A program made the position numbers and the translations under genes. Shown here in pieces: positions 36,366 through 44,965 of a DNA stretch of 64,000 nt. Where the stretch lies: the IMG/VR virus record IMGVR_UViG_3300036853_000446, positions 343,635 through 407,634 of that record, one strand, 5' to 3'. Each line of letters opens with the position of its first letter. The stretch's first letter is position 1. The notes under the pieces are model-generated. The model was given only the letters and a program-made list of their open reading frames with translations, ran no database searches and was not told the origin of the DNA.

Positions 36366-38204
36366 CTACTCGGTGAGGGCATCTGCCTTGAGCGCACGCA
36401 GAACCTCGACGACGCTGACCGGACCACTCTTGAAATCGAGCGCGCCAACGGCGGCCTCGCCGATGACCTTGTCGATGAGGCTCTTCGCCTCCCGCAGCAG
36501 CGCGTACACGTGATGGTCGATCGTCTTGTTCTTCTTCAACGACGGGCGTTCTGCCATCAGGTGATACGTGACGACACCCTTGTGGGGGCTACCGATGCGG
36601 ATCATGCGCCCGAGGATCTGGACGTAATCCCCCCAAGTCCATGGCAGCTCGTAAAACACCATCGCCCGTGCCATTTGCAAGTTGATGCCGATTCCGCCAG
36701 CCGTCGTGATGAACACGACCCGGACGTCCGAGGTAATGTCCTGGAAGGTCTCTTGAGCCGAGGCACGCTGCTTGTCGTTCTGGGCTCCCGTGATCGCCAC
36801 GGTCTTGATTCGCTTTGACTCCAGAATCTTCTGGAGTCGCGGCACTAGACTCGCGAAGCGGGTGTAGACGATAACCTTTTCCCCTTCCAGCTCTCCGCCG
36901 TCAGAGACGAGATCGACTAAGGCCTGTTCTTTCGAGCCCAGGGCACCGACCTTGTGCGTCTTCATGTCGAGCGTGGCGAAATCCAAACCGCCCGTCACGT
37001 CCGATCCCGCCTCGAATTTGAGCATGCTGAGGGAATTGACGACCTGCTGGCAGTAGTTGAGGGCCACGAGCGTCTTGTGCTCCTCGTAGTCTTTGACGCT
37101 TCCGTCACCGAGTTCGATGATGCCCGTCAGCGCCTGAGCGTACTTGGCGTCCTCGGCAGCGTTCAGCTCGCAAACGAGGTCCTTCGAGATGAGCACGGGC
37201 AACTCGTCCGAGATATCCTGCTTGTTTCGACCGAGATAGAAGGGATCGATCTGACGTCGAAAACCGTCGAGGTTCTTGTATCCGACAATGATGGGTATCT
37301 TGCGTGCCGTGCCCGGGATCTTCTGCAACTCGGTGACGCAAAAATCCCTCATGAATGCCGTCTTCGTGGTGAAGACCCCCGGCTTGATGACCTTGTAAAT
37401 GCAGTAACCCTCGATGAGCTTGGATTTGAGAAGGGTTGCCGTCAGCCCATAGACGCGCTCTGCCCGGTCGCTGAGAAAGCGGGTGACCTCGGAGGTTTTG
37501 GTCTTATCGTTGGCAAACGCCTGGGCCTCGTCGAAGAAGACGACGAGCTTCGACCCGTTCCGGCTGGCGTCGAGCAGCACCTGGTCGAGAACGCCGGGAA
37601 CGACCGCCTTCGTTGGGTCTGGCTTGCCCTTGGCATCGACGGGTCGCACGCCCTCCGCATTCCAGTCGCGGAGCAGCAGGGCGTAGTTTAGCACCATGAC
37701 GACCCGTTCCCCGTCGGCCGCAGCCGGAGCCAGGAGCCAGTCCGCGTAGCTGGTCTTGCGCTGCGCGAGAGGCGACTCGCCGCCCTTCGTCGTCGCTGAC
37801 GTCTCCACGACGATCGGACGGATGCCCGTCGTGAACCGCAGGATCTCCCGCGCCCATTGCCGCACGGTCGATTTCGGGGTCACGATGACGACCTTGACCT
37901 CCGGGCTGCGCTCCATCATGTGGGAGAACGCCGCGATGGCTTCTAGGGTTTTCCCGGTGCCGGTCGCGTCCCCCAACACCATCCGCTGCAGCGCGAGCAG
38001 GTGGTAAGCCCCCTGCACCTGGTAGTATCGCAGGCTGAAGGGCTGCTCGATGCCGTCGAGGCCCTTGCAACGGTTGCGCATGAAGCGCGACGGCTTAAGC
38101 TCGACGGTCTTTGATTCGCGAACCTTCTTCAGAAGTTCGAGCGTCTTTTCGAGCTTCGCTTGCCGCACGGGGTCGATCGGCGGCGTCTTTTTTCGAGTGG
38201 CCAT
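36366..38204 (-). CDS. SNF2-family helicase
   Basis: LRYYQ, LGDATGTGKT, FDEAQ, LTAT, AGGIGINLQ, QILGRMIRIG. Confidence 0.92.
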   Translation of the reverse strand: MATRKKTPPIDPVRQAKLEKTLELLKKVRESKTVELKPSRFMRNRCKGLDGIEQPFSLRYYQVQGAYHLLALQRMVLGDATGTGKTLEAIAAFSHMMERSPEVKVVIVTPKSTVRQWAREILRFTTGIRPIVVETSATTKGGESPLAQRKTSYADWLLAPAAADGERVVMVLNYALLLRDWNAEGVRPVDAKGKPDPTKAVVPGVLDQVLLDASRNGSKLVVFFDEAQAFANDKTKTSEVTRFLSDRAERVYGLTATLLKSKLIEGYCIYKVIKPGVFTTKTAFMRDFCVTELQKIPGTARKIPIIVGYKNLDGFRRQIDPFYLGRNKQDISDELPVLISKDLVCELNAAEDAKYAQALTGIIELGDGSVKDYEEHKTLVALNYCQQVVNSLSMLKFEAGSDVTGGLDFATLDMKTHKVGALGSKEQALVDLVSDGGELEGEKVIVYTRFASLVPRLQKILESKRIKTVAITGAQNDKQRASAQETFQDITSDVRVVFITTAGGIGINLQMARAMVFYELPWTWGDYVQILGRMIRIGSPHKGVVTYHLMAERPSLKKNKTIDHHVYALLREAKSLIDKVIGEAAVGALDFKSGPVSVVEVLRALKADALTE

Positions 38205-38217
38205 TCAGGCCACGAGT

Positions 38218-38224
38218 TACACCG
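38218..38224 (-). promoter_or_regulatory. CGGTGTA motif, 13 nt before SNF2 start
   Basis: Exact heptamer, intergenic. Confidence 0.6.
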
Positions 38225-38294
38225 GCGGGCGAAAGACAAACTCCGACGGCCCGAAACTTCAAGGGTGCACATGGCCGCTCACGCGACGTTCAAC

Positions 38295-38633
38295 CTATGA
38301 CGAGCTGTACAGCGGCACACGCTGCGTAAACCCTAGACAGGTGGTGCCGAACCCCGAGGACCACCCCCACACGCCGAGGATGCGGACGGTCTGCGCGGAT
38401 TCATCAATCGTGTAGTAGACGTGGTGCTTCGTACGAGCGAGCAACCACCGGTGAACGGTTCTTCCCCGGCCGTCTGTGAACGGGGCCATGACGCGGGGCA
38501 TGGCCAGGATAGCGGCAATGACGACCGCGAAATCTTCGGAGAAAGCGCCCGGCGAACCCCTGCGGTTCTCACGCCACCATGAATCGATGTGCTCGGCTTG
38601 GTTAATGGCGAGAGCGGTGAAAACGAGCTTCAT
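38295..38633 (-). CDS. RelE/ParE-family toxin
   Basis: MKLVFTALA...HRWLLARTKHHVYYTID...VRILGVW; ATGA overlap with the antitoxin. Confidence 0.8.
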   Translation of the reverse strand: MKLVFTALAINQAEHIDSWWRENRRGSPGAFSEDFAVVIAAILAMPRVMAPFTDGRGRTVHRWLLARTKHHVYYTIDESAQTVRILGVWGWSSGFGTTCLGFTQRVPLYSSS

Positions 38634-38875
38634 GCAGAGTTGCGAGCGAGTAGGCGGCGCACGATTTCGTCGCCCTCGACGACTCGACCTTCTCGGATCG
38701 CCCGGAACCCAGCGTCGAGCACACGCTCTAGCTCAGCCCGATCTTCAGGGGTCATATCGTCCAGACTGTCTTCCTCCTCAACGACGACAACGCCGAGCGC
38801 CGTCCCCTCGGGGAGGTCCGTAGGCTCGTCAACGACGATGCGACCGTTTTGGACGTGGGCTTTGAGCGAGACCAT
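38630..38875 (-). CDS. antitoxin, upstream partner
   Basis: LKAHVQNGRIVVDEPTDLPEG beta-rich N-domain plus acidic C-terminus; precedes the toxin. Confidence 0.75.
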   Translation of the reverse strand: MVSLKAHVQNGRIVVDEPTDLPEGTALGVVVVEEEDSLDDMTPEDRAELERVLDAGFRAIREGRVVEGDEIVRRLLARNSA

Positions 38876-38974
38876 TCAGGAAAGGATAACGTAAATCCCT
38901 CGGAATGACAACGCCTTGGCCACCGAGCCGGCATTTGCGCGGCAAGGTCGAGTTTACGCCCTGTCGTGCCCTTA

Positions 38975-39610
38975 TCAAAAGGCGAAGTAGACGCCCGCGT
39001 TGACGTTGTGGAGGGGCTCCGTCCAACCGATTCCGTATCCCGCGTAGATACCGAAGTTGGTGGTGAGATCGAACCCGAGCCCTGCCCCGACGCTGCGAAA
39101 GCCGGCGGCGACGTTGAAATTGACCCACTCGAAAAAAGCCAGGTCAATCAAGATGCCCGCATCGACGCCGCTCTCGAAACTGCCGTGCGAGAGCTTGAAC
39201 GGGAGATAGCTGAGATATGCCTTGGGTCGAAAGCGGAAGCCGTAGGTCTCCGGAGTCTTCATACCGGCGGTGATTTGAACCTCACCGGTTGCGTCGACGT
39301 CGAGATGGCACCACTTCATCCGAATCGTGAACGGCCTTTTTGGGTCGGCCCCCGTATAGAAGACGCGACCGTCTTCGTCGGTCACGATCACCACTCGGTC
39401 GACATCGAAGACGGGTTTTTCGTGTTCGAGGCATTGGCGATCCCTCGCAATCGTCAAGAAGGTGTCTAGGTCTTTCTGAGGGAGACAGACGTAGCCCTGG
39501 GGAGCTTTGCAAGGGTCCTGCGCGTCCGCGAAGGAGGGAGCCATCGCGGACGCCATGGTCAGCACGGTTGCCGTGAGGACGCGCTTTTGCAGACGCTGCG
39601 ACACCGTCAT
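38975..39610 (-). CDS. signal-peptide protein with C-terminal amphipathic beta-strands (outer-membrane barrel-like)
   Basis: Leader ending AxA (ADA); terminal ...FGIYAGYGIG...VNAGVYFAF ending in Phe. Confidence 0.6.
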   Translation of the reverse strand: MTVSQRLQKRVLTATVLTMASAMAPSFADAQDPCKAPQGYVCLPQKDLDTFLTIARDRQCLEHEKPVFDVDRVVIVTDEDGRVFYTGADPKRPFTIRMKWCHLDVDATGEVQITAGMKTPETYGFRFRPKAYLSYLPFKLSHGSFESGVDAGILIDLAFFEWVNFNVAAGFRSVGAGLGFDLTTNFGIYAGYGIGWTEPLHNVNAGVYFAF

Positions 39611-40698
39611 GCGGCATCCTCGACAGCGGCAGACTCCAGAATCTCTTTGAGTTCGGGAGGCGAGGTTACCACCTGGGCAAGCGCCTTCAGAATCGGTTTG
39701 CCCCCGCCGCGCATCTTCGTGATGACCTTGTGACTGCCCGGAGAGTAGTACGTCCCGAAGATGGCCTTCAGGATACCCTTCTTGTCGAGCGCCTTGGACA
39801 GCTCCGGGCCGAGCTGAAATTCACGGCCATTGACCGTAATCACAACGGGGTTCCCTTCCCCGAGCTTCCCATAGACGATGTTGATCCGAATGTCCCTCTT
39901 GCGGTTCTGCCAGGGGTCGTCCTCGCCAACCAATCCGAGCAGGCTGACCGCGTCCTTGAAGGAAACCGCCTTGGTCAGATGGTCATCCATGCGCTCGGTA
40001 AACTTGGCCCCTTCGGGTATCATGTTGACTTTGGCCCCGTAGCCCTTCTTCAACTCGTGCGGAAATTCCCCGTAGAGGTCTCGAATCACTTTCGGGGCGA
40101 GCGTTCGGAATTCCCCGCGGACCTTCCTTTGAAGCATCCACCACTCGTCGATGTCTTCTCCAGTGTATGCATTCCTCGCCGTGTAATGCTGGGCGGCGAC
40201 GAACACGTGGGTCTCTCCATCCACGCCATAAAGGACGTAAGCCGATGATCGGGTGTCACCGTACCCGCCATAGCTCGTCTGGGTCTTGAATTTCCAATCG
40301 ACCTGATGGACGCCCGCCTCGGCGAACGCCTCCTCGAAGGTGATCCGCACGGGATCTGGCTTAGGACGCCCCTTTGGATTGGCGATTGGGCCATCCCAGG
40401 GTTCCGTCTCGGGTGCCGGCGGATCGCGAGGGGCGCCTAGATCGCGGTCGGGTCGCAAGTGCCCCGTCAGAACGTCTTTCGCAATGTTGTAGGGCTTGAG
40501 GGCGGTCTGGTCCGCCGCCTCCGCCGGATTCTCCCGTAGGATCTCGGTGACCTTGGCCCTGTACGCCGTCTGCACCTGAGCATCCGTCGGTCTGTCCGTT
40601 GAAGGAAAACCTAGCGTCTCGAGCGCTTCGGCGTAGGTGAAAGCCTTGAAAACCCGGTAGCGGGTGGCGACGCGAGAAGCGATGCTGGGCATATCCAT
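39607..40698 (-). CDS. protein with J-domain-like N-terminus lacking HPD; RVATRY tag
   Basis: ALETLGF...DAQVQTAYRAK...ENP...YNIAKDVL. Confidence 0.6.
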   Translation of the reverse strand: MDMPSIASRVATRYRVFKAFTYAEALETLGFPSTDRPTDAQVQTAYRAKVTEILRENPAEAADQTALKPYNIAKDVLTGHLRPDRDLGAPRDPPAPETEPWDGPIANPKGRPKPDPVRITFEEAFAEAGVHQVDWKFKTQTSYGGYGDTRSSAYVLYGVDGETHVFVAAQHYTARNAYTGEDIDEWWMLQRKVRGEFRTLAPKVIRDLYGEFPHELKKGYGAKVNMIPEGAKFTERMDDHLTKAVSFKDAVSLLGLVGEDDPWQNRKRDIRINIVYGKLGEGNPVVITVNGREFQLGPELSKALDKKGILKAIFGTYYSPGSHKVITKMRGGGKPILKALAQVVTSPPELKEILESAAVEDAA

Positions 40699-40719
40699 AA
40701 GGCTGATAGAACCTTTTTT

Positions 40720-41340
40720 CTATTTGCCGTACTTCGCGAGCAGGTCATCGACGTCCGTCGCCCGGATAGAGGACGTACTCTTCACTGTCACGTGCTTTAT
40801 CTCTTGATCGACGATGATGACGTGCTCGACGTCCTGAGCCCTTACACCGTCGGGCACGGCGACCTCGATTGGCTTCGTTGCGCCGGGCGGTGTCACTTTG
40901 ATCGTCTTCGGATCTGAAAAGAGGCCCGGCATCTCGATCGCCACGACATGCGCTTGTGTGATGCCCTTCGAATCGGCTTCGCCGATGTGGATGAGCGTTC
41001 CGTCCGCCCGAATGCGCTCGGGAGGTATCGAGTTGGCGACGGCGATCGCCTTCTGGGTGACCTTCTTGCCGAGCAGCATGCCGATCAGGCCACCGACCTG
41101 GATATTCTTCGCGCCGAATAGGATCAGAAGCGCGGCCCCCAAGACGAGCACGACCACGGGAATGGGCGCGATGACGTACTTGCGCAGAAGCGGCCAAAGC
41201 TTCAGCGCACTAGAGGGCCTCGGCGAGGACGGCGGAGGCTCCGAAATTCCCGTCGGTGGCTCGGGCGGAGCCGGCGGCGCGCTCGAGGGCTGAGTCACGT
41301 CGATGATCATCGGGGTCGGGTAGCGGTCGTCGTCGGTCAT
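40720..41340 (-). CDS. single-pass membrane protein, possible spanin-like or lysis accessory
   Basis: TM segment IPVVVLVLGAALLILFGA; ATGA-coupled to the holin-like gene. Confidence 0.55.
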   Translation of the reverse strand: MTDDDRYPTPMIIDVTQPSSAPPAPPEPPTGISEPPPSSPRPSSALKLWPLLRKYVIAPIPVVVLVLGAALLILFGAKNIQVGGLIGMLLGKKVTQKAIAVANSIPPERIRADGTLIHIGEADSKGITQAHVVAIEMPGLFSDPKTIKVTPPGATKPIEVAVPDGVRAQDVEHVIIVDQEIKHVTVKSTSSIRATDVDDLLAKYGK

Positions 41341-41768
41341 GTGCTCGCCTCTGGCGACTTCGGCGGTAACGACAGCGGACCAGGGCTTAGCGAGCCGGGC
41401 ATTTCGATCCCCTTACTCGCGAGCACCCTCTTGACGACCTTGTAGATGGCGCTCGAGAACCACCCCACGACGCCGCCATAGAAGATGCGCCCAACCGCTG
41501 TCTGTACGGATTCGGGAAAGAAGTAGGTGATCTTGAGCAGACCGAGCAGACCACCTACAAACACCGGAATTCCGTAAAGAATTACCTGCTGGTACCAGCG
41601 TGCGAGCCTCGTGCTATACGTAATGGAGGGGGCGTTTTCGTCCGCTTTCTTTCGGAGCGCTGGCCACTGTGTCTCGACGACGCGACGGATAAAGAACGTC
41701 GCGATCACGATCGAGACGGCAAAGACCATGGTTCCCAAGTTGAGGAGCTGATTGAGGGCGCTGTCCAT
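41337..41768 (-). CDS. holin-like membrane protein with 3 predicted TM segments
   Basis: Three hydrophobic helices, basic loops, 143 aa. Confidence 0.55.
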   Translation of the reverse strand: MDSALNQLLNLGTMVFAVSIVIATFFIRRVVETQWPALRKKADENAPSITYSTRLARWYQQVILYGIPVFVGGLLGLLKITYFFPESVQTAVGRIFYGGVVGWFSSAIYKVVKRVLASKGIEMPGSLSPGPLSLPPKSPEAST

Positions 41769-41880
41769 GTGGTGTTCCCGAGCCTTTCACCCATGGCGGG
41801 GGTATCAATAAATTAAAGGATCAAATCCGCGGACCCGTCCCTATTCACGGGGAGGAGGGCTGAAATAGCCCAAAAACCGA

Positions 41881-44025
41881 ATGAGCCGTTTTCGCGAGAT
41901 CCTGGTCCTGAGTCTGCTGGTCGCGGGTTGCGGCGGTGACGCCAATGACACTCTAAAGTCAGCCGGAGGCACCAGTGGCACACAGAACGTCACGCTCGGT
42001 GGCGCAGACTCGACGCCGGGCGTCGGAGGCTCGAACGCCGTCGATCAGGGCGGCGCTGGTGGTAGCACGAGCGGCAGCGCGGGAGCCTCGAGCCAAGCTG
42101 GTTCTGACCAGGGCGGCACGGGTGGCTCGGACGTCATCCCCCAAGGCGGCTCGGATCAAGGCGGCGCTGGTGGCTCGGATCCCATCGATCAGGGCGGCGC
42201 TGGTGGCTCGGTCGGGGGCCAAGGTGGTTCTGACCAAGCCGGTACTGGTGGTTCTGATCAGGGCGGCACGGGCGGCACGGATCAAGGGGGCACGGGTGGC
42301 TCAGGTGGCTCAGACGTCGACCCCGTGCCGGAGTGCGACTACCAGGGCGGAACCTGTACCGGCCTGCTTTACCAGGGATGCGACTACGGTGAGTACGACG
42401 AGTACCAGTGCCAGCTGAACTGCGTCGACAACATCGGCTGCTACGGCTCGTGCGCCAACGGAGACACTCGATGCACGGGCGAGACGGTCGAAACCTGCGT
42501 AGACTACGAGTGGGCGGTCAGTAACCAGTGCCCCTTCCAGTGCGTGAACGGGGCCTGTGAGGGCGCCTGCACGCCAGGAACGGTCGTTTGCGAGGGCACC
42601 TCGACGGCGACCTGCGGATCGGACTTCCATTATGGGAGCCCGGTCGCCTGTCCCACTCACCCTTTCGGCGTGACGTCCTGCTCGGCGGGGATCTGCGGCC
42701 TCACGCCGGTCGCCTGTGACTCGGGCACGGCCGACTGCGACGGCAACTGGTCGTGCGAGTCGAGCCTCTCGAGCACGACGACCTGCGGTGCGTGCAACGT
42801 GGCCTGCCCCTCGGTGACCAACGCGACGGCGACCTGTGACGGAGTGTCTTGCGGCTTCAGCTGTAATGACGGCTTCGCGGATTGCGACGGCAACGCGGCC
42901 AACGGCTGCGAGCAGAACATCTCCACCAACGCCCTCAATTGCGGCGCGTGCGGGTCGAGTTGCTACGGGACGACCTGTGACGCCGGTCAGTGCGAGTTCG
43001 ATTTCGAGGTCGTAAGCGACTACAGCGGGGACGGCACGGTGGTCAACAACCTGACCGTGAGTGCCACGCATGTCTATTGGCTCACGCAGCGCGAGCTGCG
43101 CCGGGCGCCGAAGGCTGGCGGCGAGTACGAGACGCTGGCCACGCTTGCAGGAACGACCGGCCTTACGAGGCCCGTTGTCGTCGTCGAGGCAGGCAAGGTT
43201 TGTTGGGCCGCATCTGACGGCGTTTACACCATGCTCGAGACGGGCGGCACGCCGACGCGGATCTTCGCCACGACCAATCTCACGTCGGTGACCGGCCTGG
43301 TAGGCGCCAACGGCAAGCTCTACTGGAATGACTCTCAGGTCGAGTCGGGCAACAACTGCATCACGCCGTCGACCTTCAACGACCAGAACGCCTTCCTGAC
43401 CTGCAGTCAGTCTCACCGAACAACCTTCCGCACCTACGACCTCGGGACGCACAGCTTCTCGAGCTGGCAACTCTCCGGAAGCGAGTATTCGCCGCCACTC
43501 GCCGTGGTCGGCAACGAGATGTTCGTGGGTGACTATCAGGCGAACTTTGCGGGCAACGCCGGATACGAGATCCGGCTTTCTGCCTTCAATGCAACGACCG
43601 GCGCCTCCCTACGGCAGATCGGCGGCACGCTGCGCCACAATGGCACCTTCAACTCGGCACAGATCCAACTGCTCGGCACGGCCGTCTCGGCTGGCACGAT
43701 GGTATACTCGGGTCTGTTTCACGGTGGCGACGTTAGAGACGCGATTGTCACGGCACCCCTCACGGGTGGTGACCAACTCCTCACGAACAAACTGATCTCG
43801 ACCGTTCTGAGTGGTGAACTCGCCGCTGACGCGACGACGGTCTACTACCTTGAGGGCGGCAACTTTACTAGTGTGCAAGCCGTGTCGCTCACGGGCGTAC
43901 CTCTCGAGCCGATCTTCCACGGCGAGACCGCCGAAGGCATGCAGATCGCGCTCGACGACACCTACGTCTACTTCACCGCGTACGCGAATGGGGGCGAGCG
44001 GGCTATTCTGCGCGCTCCCAAATGA
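41881..44025 (+). CDS. lipoprotein: Gly-rich linker, Cys-rich repeats, C-terminal beta-propeller-like domain
   Basis: Lipobox LVAG-C; GGSDQGG repeats; DCDGN...CE...NCGACG..C repeats; VYWL/LYWN/VYYL/VYFT blades. Confidence 0.8.
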   Translation: MSRFREILVLSLLVAGCGGDANDTLKSAGGTSGTQNVTLGGADSTPGVGGSNAVDQGGAGGSTSGSAGASSQAGSDQGGTGGSDVIPQGGSDQGGAGGSDPIDQGGAGGSVGGQGGSDQAGTGGSDQGGTGGTDQGGTGGSGGSDVDPVPECDYQGGTCTGLLYQGCDYGEYDEYQCQLNCVDNIGCYGSCANGDTRCTGETVETCVDYEWAVSNQCPFQCVNGACEGACTPGTVVCEGTSTATCGSDFHYGSPVACPTHPFGVTSCSAGICGLTPVACDSGTADCDGNWSCESSLSSTTTCGACNVACPSVTNATATCDGVSCGFSCNDGFADCDGNAANGCEQNISTNALNCGACGSSCYGTTCDAGQCEFDFEVVSDYSGDGTVVNNLTVSATHVYWLTQRELRRAPKAGGEYETLATLAGTTGLTRPVVVVEAGKVCWAASDGVYTMLETGGTPTRIFATTNLTSVTGLVGANGKLYWNDSQVESGNNCITPSTFNDQNAFLTCSQSHRTTFRTYDLGTHSFSSWQLSGSEYSPPLAVVGNEMFVGDYQANFAGNAGYEIRLSAFNATTGASLRQIGGTLRHNGTFNSAQIQLLGTAVSAGTMVYSGLFHGGDVRDAIVTAPLTGGDQLLTNKLISTVLSGELAADATTVYYLEGGNFTSVQAVSLTGVPLEPIFHGETAEGMQIALDDTYVYFTAYANGGERAILRAPK

Positions 44026-44137
44026 ATCGTAACTCGAACCCTAAACTCCAACCCCATACCCATACTCAAATCCGGATCAAAGTCGGGCTCTCATTCGTAC
44101 TAGATTCGAACCTAGGGCAGAGCCCGGAAAACCAAAC

Positions 44138-44623
44138 ATGAAACTCCTAAGTGCACTCCTCCTCGTCGTCCCCTTCTTCGCCCTCGCCTGCGGCGCCTCG
44201 CCGACCTCAGTCTCTACGGACGACATCAATTCGGCCCGCCAGGCCCTCGAACAGAACGAGAGCGCAAGCGTCGTCGCTCCGTCGGTCGATGCAGTCGAGA
44301 CCGAAGAGGCCGCCCCACTCGCCCTCGTGGCGGCAGACGCGGGCGCCCCTGCCCTGGAGACGGTCCCCGAAGTCTTAGTGGGCGACGCTGGTGCCGCGGT
44401 GGCTCCTGAAGCCCCCGCTCCTGAAGTCTTAGTGGGCGACGCTGGTGCCGCGGTGGCTCCTGAAGCCCCCGCTCCCATGTGCACAGAGAACGAAACCCGT
44501 CGTAGTGCCCCTCCGAATGAGCAGTACCGCGAGACTTGCATGAGCGGTGAGTGGACGTTCTGCCTGGCAAGCAACTGCCCCTTCAGCATCTATATGGACG
44601 TCGCTCAGACGGACGGGCAGTAA
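44138..44623 (+). CDS. lipoprotein with an 18-aa tandem duplication
   Basis: Lipobox FALA-C; EVLVGDAGAAVAPEAPAP x2; small 4-Cys C-terminal domain. Confidence 0.7.
   Translation: MKLLSALLLVVPFFALACGASPTSVSTDDINSARQALEQNESASVVAPSVDAVETEEAAPLALVAADAGAPALETVPEVLVGDAGAAVAPEAPAPEVLVGDAGAAVAPEAPAPMCTENETRRSAPPNEQYRETCMSGEWTFCLASNCPFSIYMDVAQTDGQ
44369..44475. repeat. 54-bp-period exact tandem duplication in a lipoprotein gene
   Basis: gaagtcttagtgggcgacgctggtgccgcggtggctcctgaagcccccgctcc x2. Confidence 0.95.
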
Positions 44624-44626
44624 CTC

Positions 44627-44962
44627 CTAGTCACCGTAGACGACTTGATCGGACACTTCGATCGGCGAAACGGGTGACTCGGGAGCTGGTGGCTCCGGCA
44701 CTGATGGCGGCAAAGGCGTCGAGTCAATCAGATCATCGGTCGCCTCGGGTGCCTCAATGTCGGGCACGGCCTCGAGTTGGGACGGGAGGGTGCCCCCCGT
44801 CCAATGTCTCAAGACAGTCTGCTGTTGGCGCGCGAGGCCACGCTGCTCGGGCGTCGCCGTAGGGTCGGACAAGACGCCCTGCAGCCGTCGTTGAGCGTCC
44901 CCTGCGGCCCGGGCGCGCAACGGCGTTGGGATGTCTTTGTAGGTGAGCCTCTTGATTCCCAT
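44627..44962 (-). CDS. hypothetical late-region protein
   Basis: Follows the large structural gene after 3 nt. Confidence 0.55.
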   Translation of the reverse strand: MGIKRLTYKDIPTPLRARAAGDAQRRLQGVLSDPTATPEQRGLARQQQTVLRHWTGGTLPSQLEAVPDIEAPEATDDLIDSTPLPPSVPEPPAPESPVSPIEVSDQVVYGD

Positions 44963-44965
44963 GAT

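Noticed and set aside
38201-38880. 9-bp direct repeat CCATTCAGG flanking the TA module as a target-site duplication
   Set aside because: Both copies are the start-codon context (CCTGAATGG) of adjacent genes, a similar context occurs at 16040, and no transposase is present.
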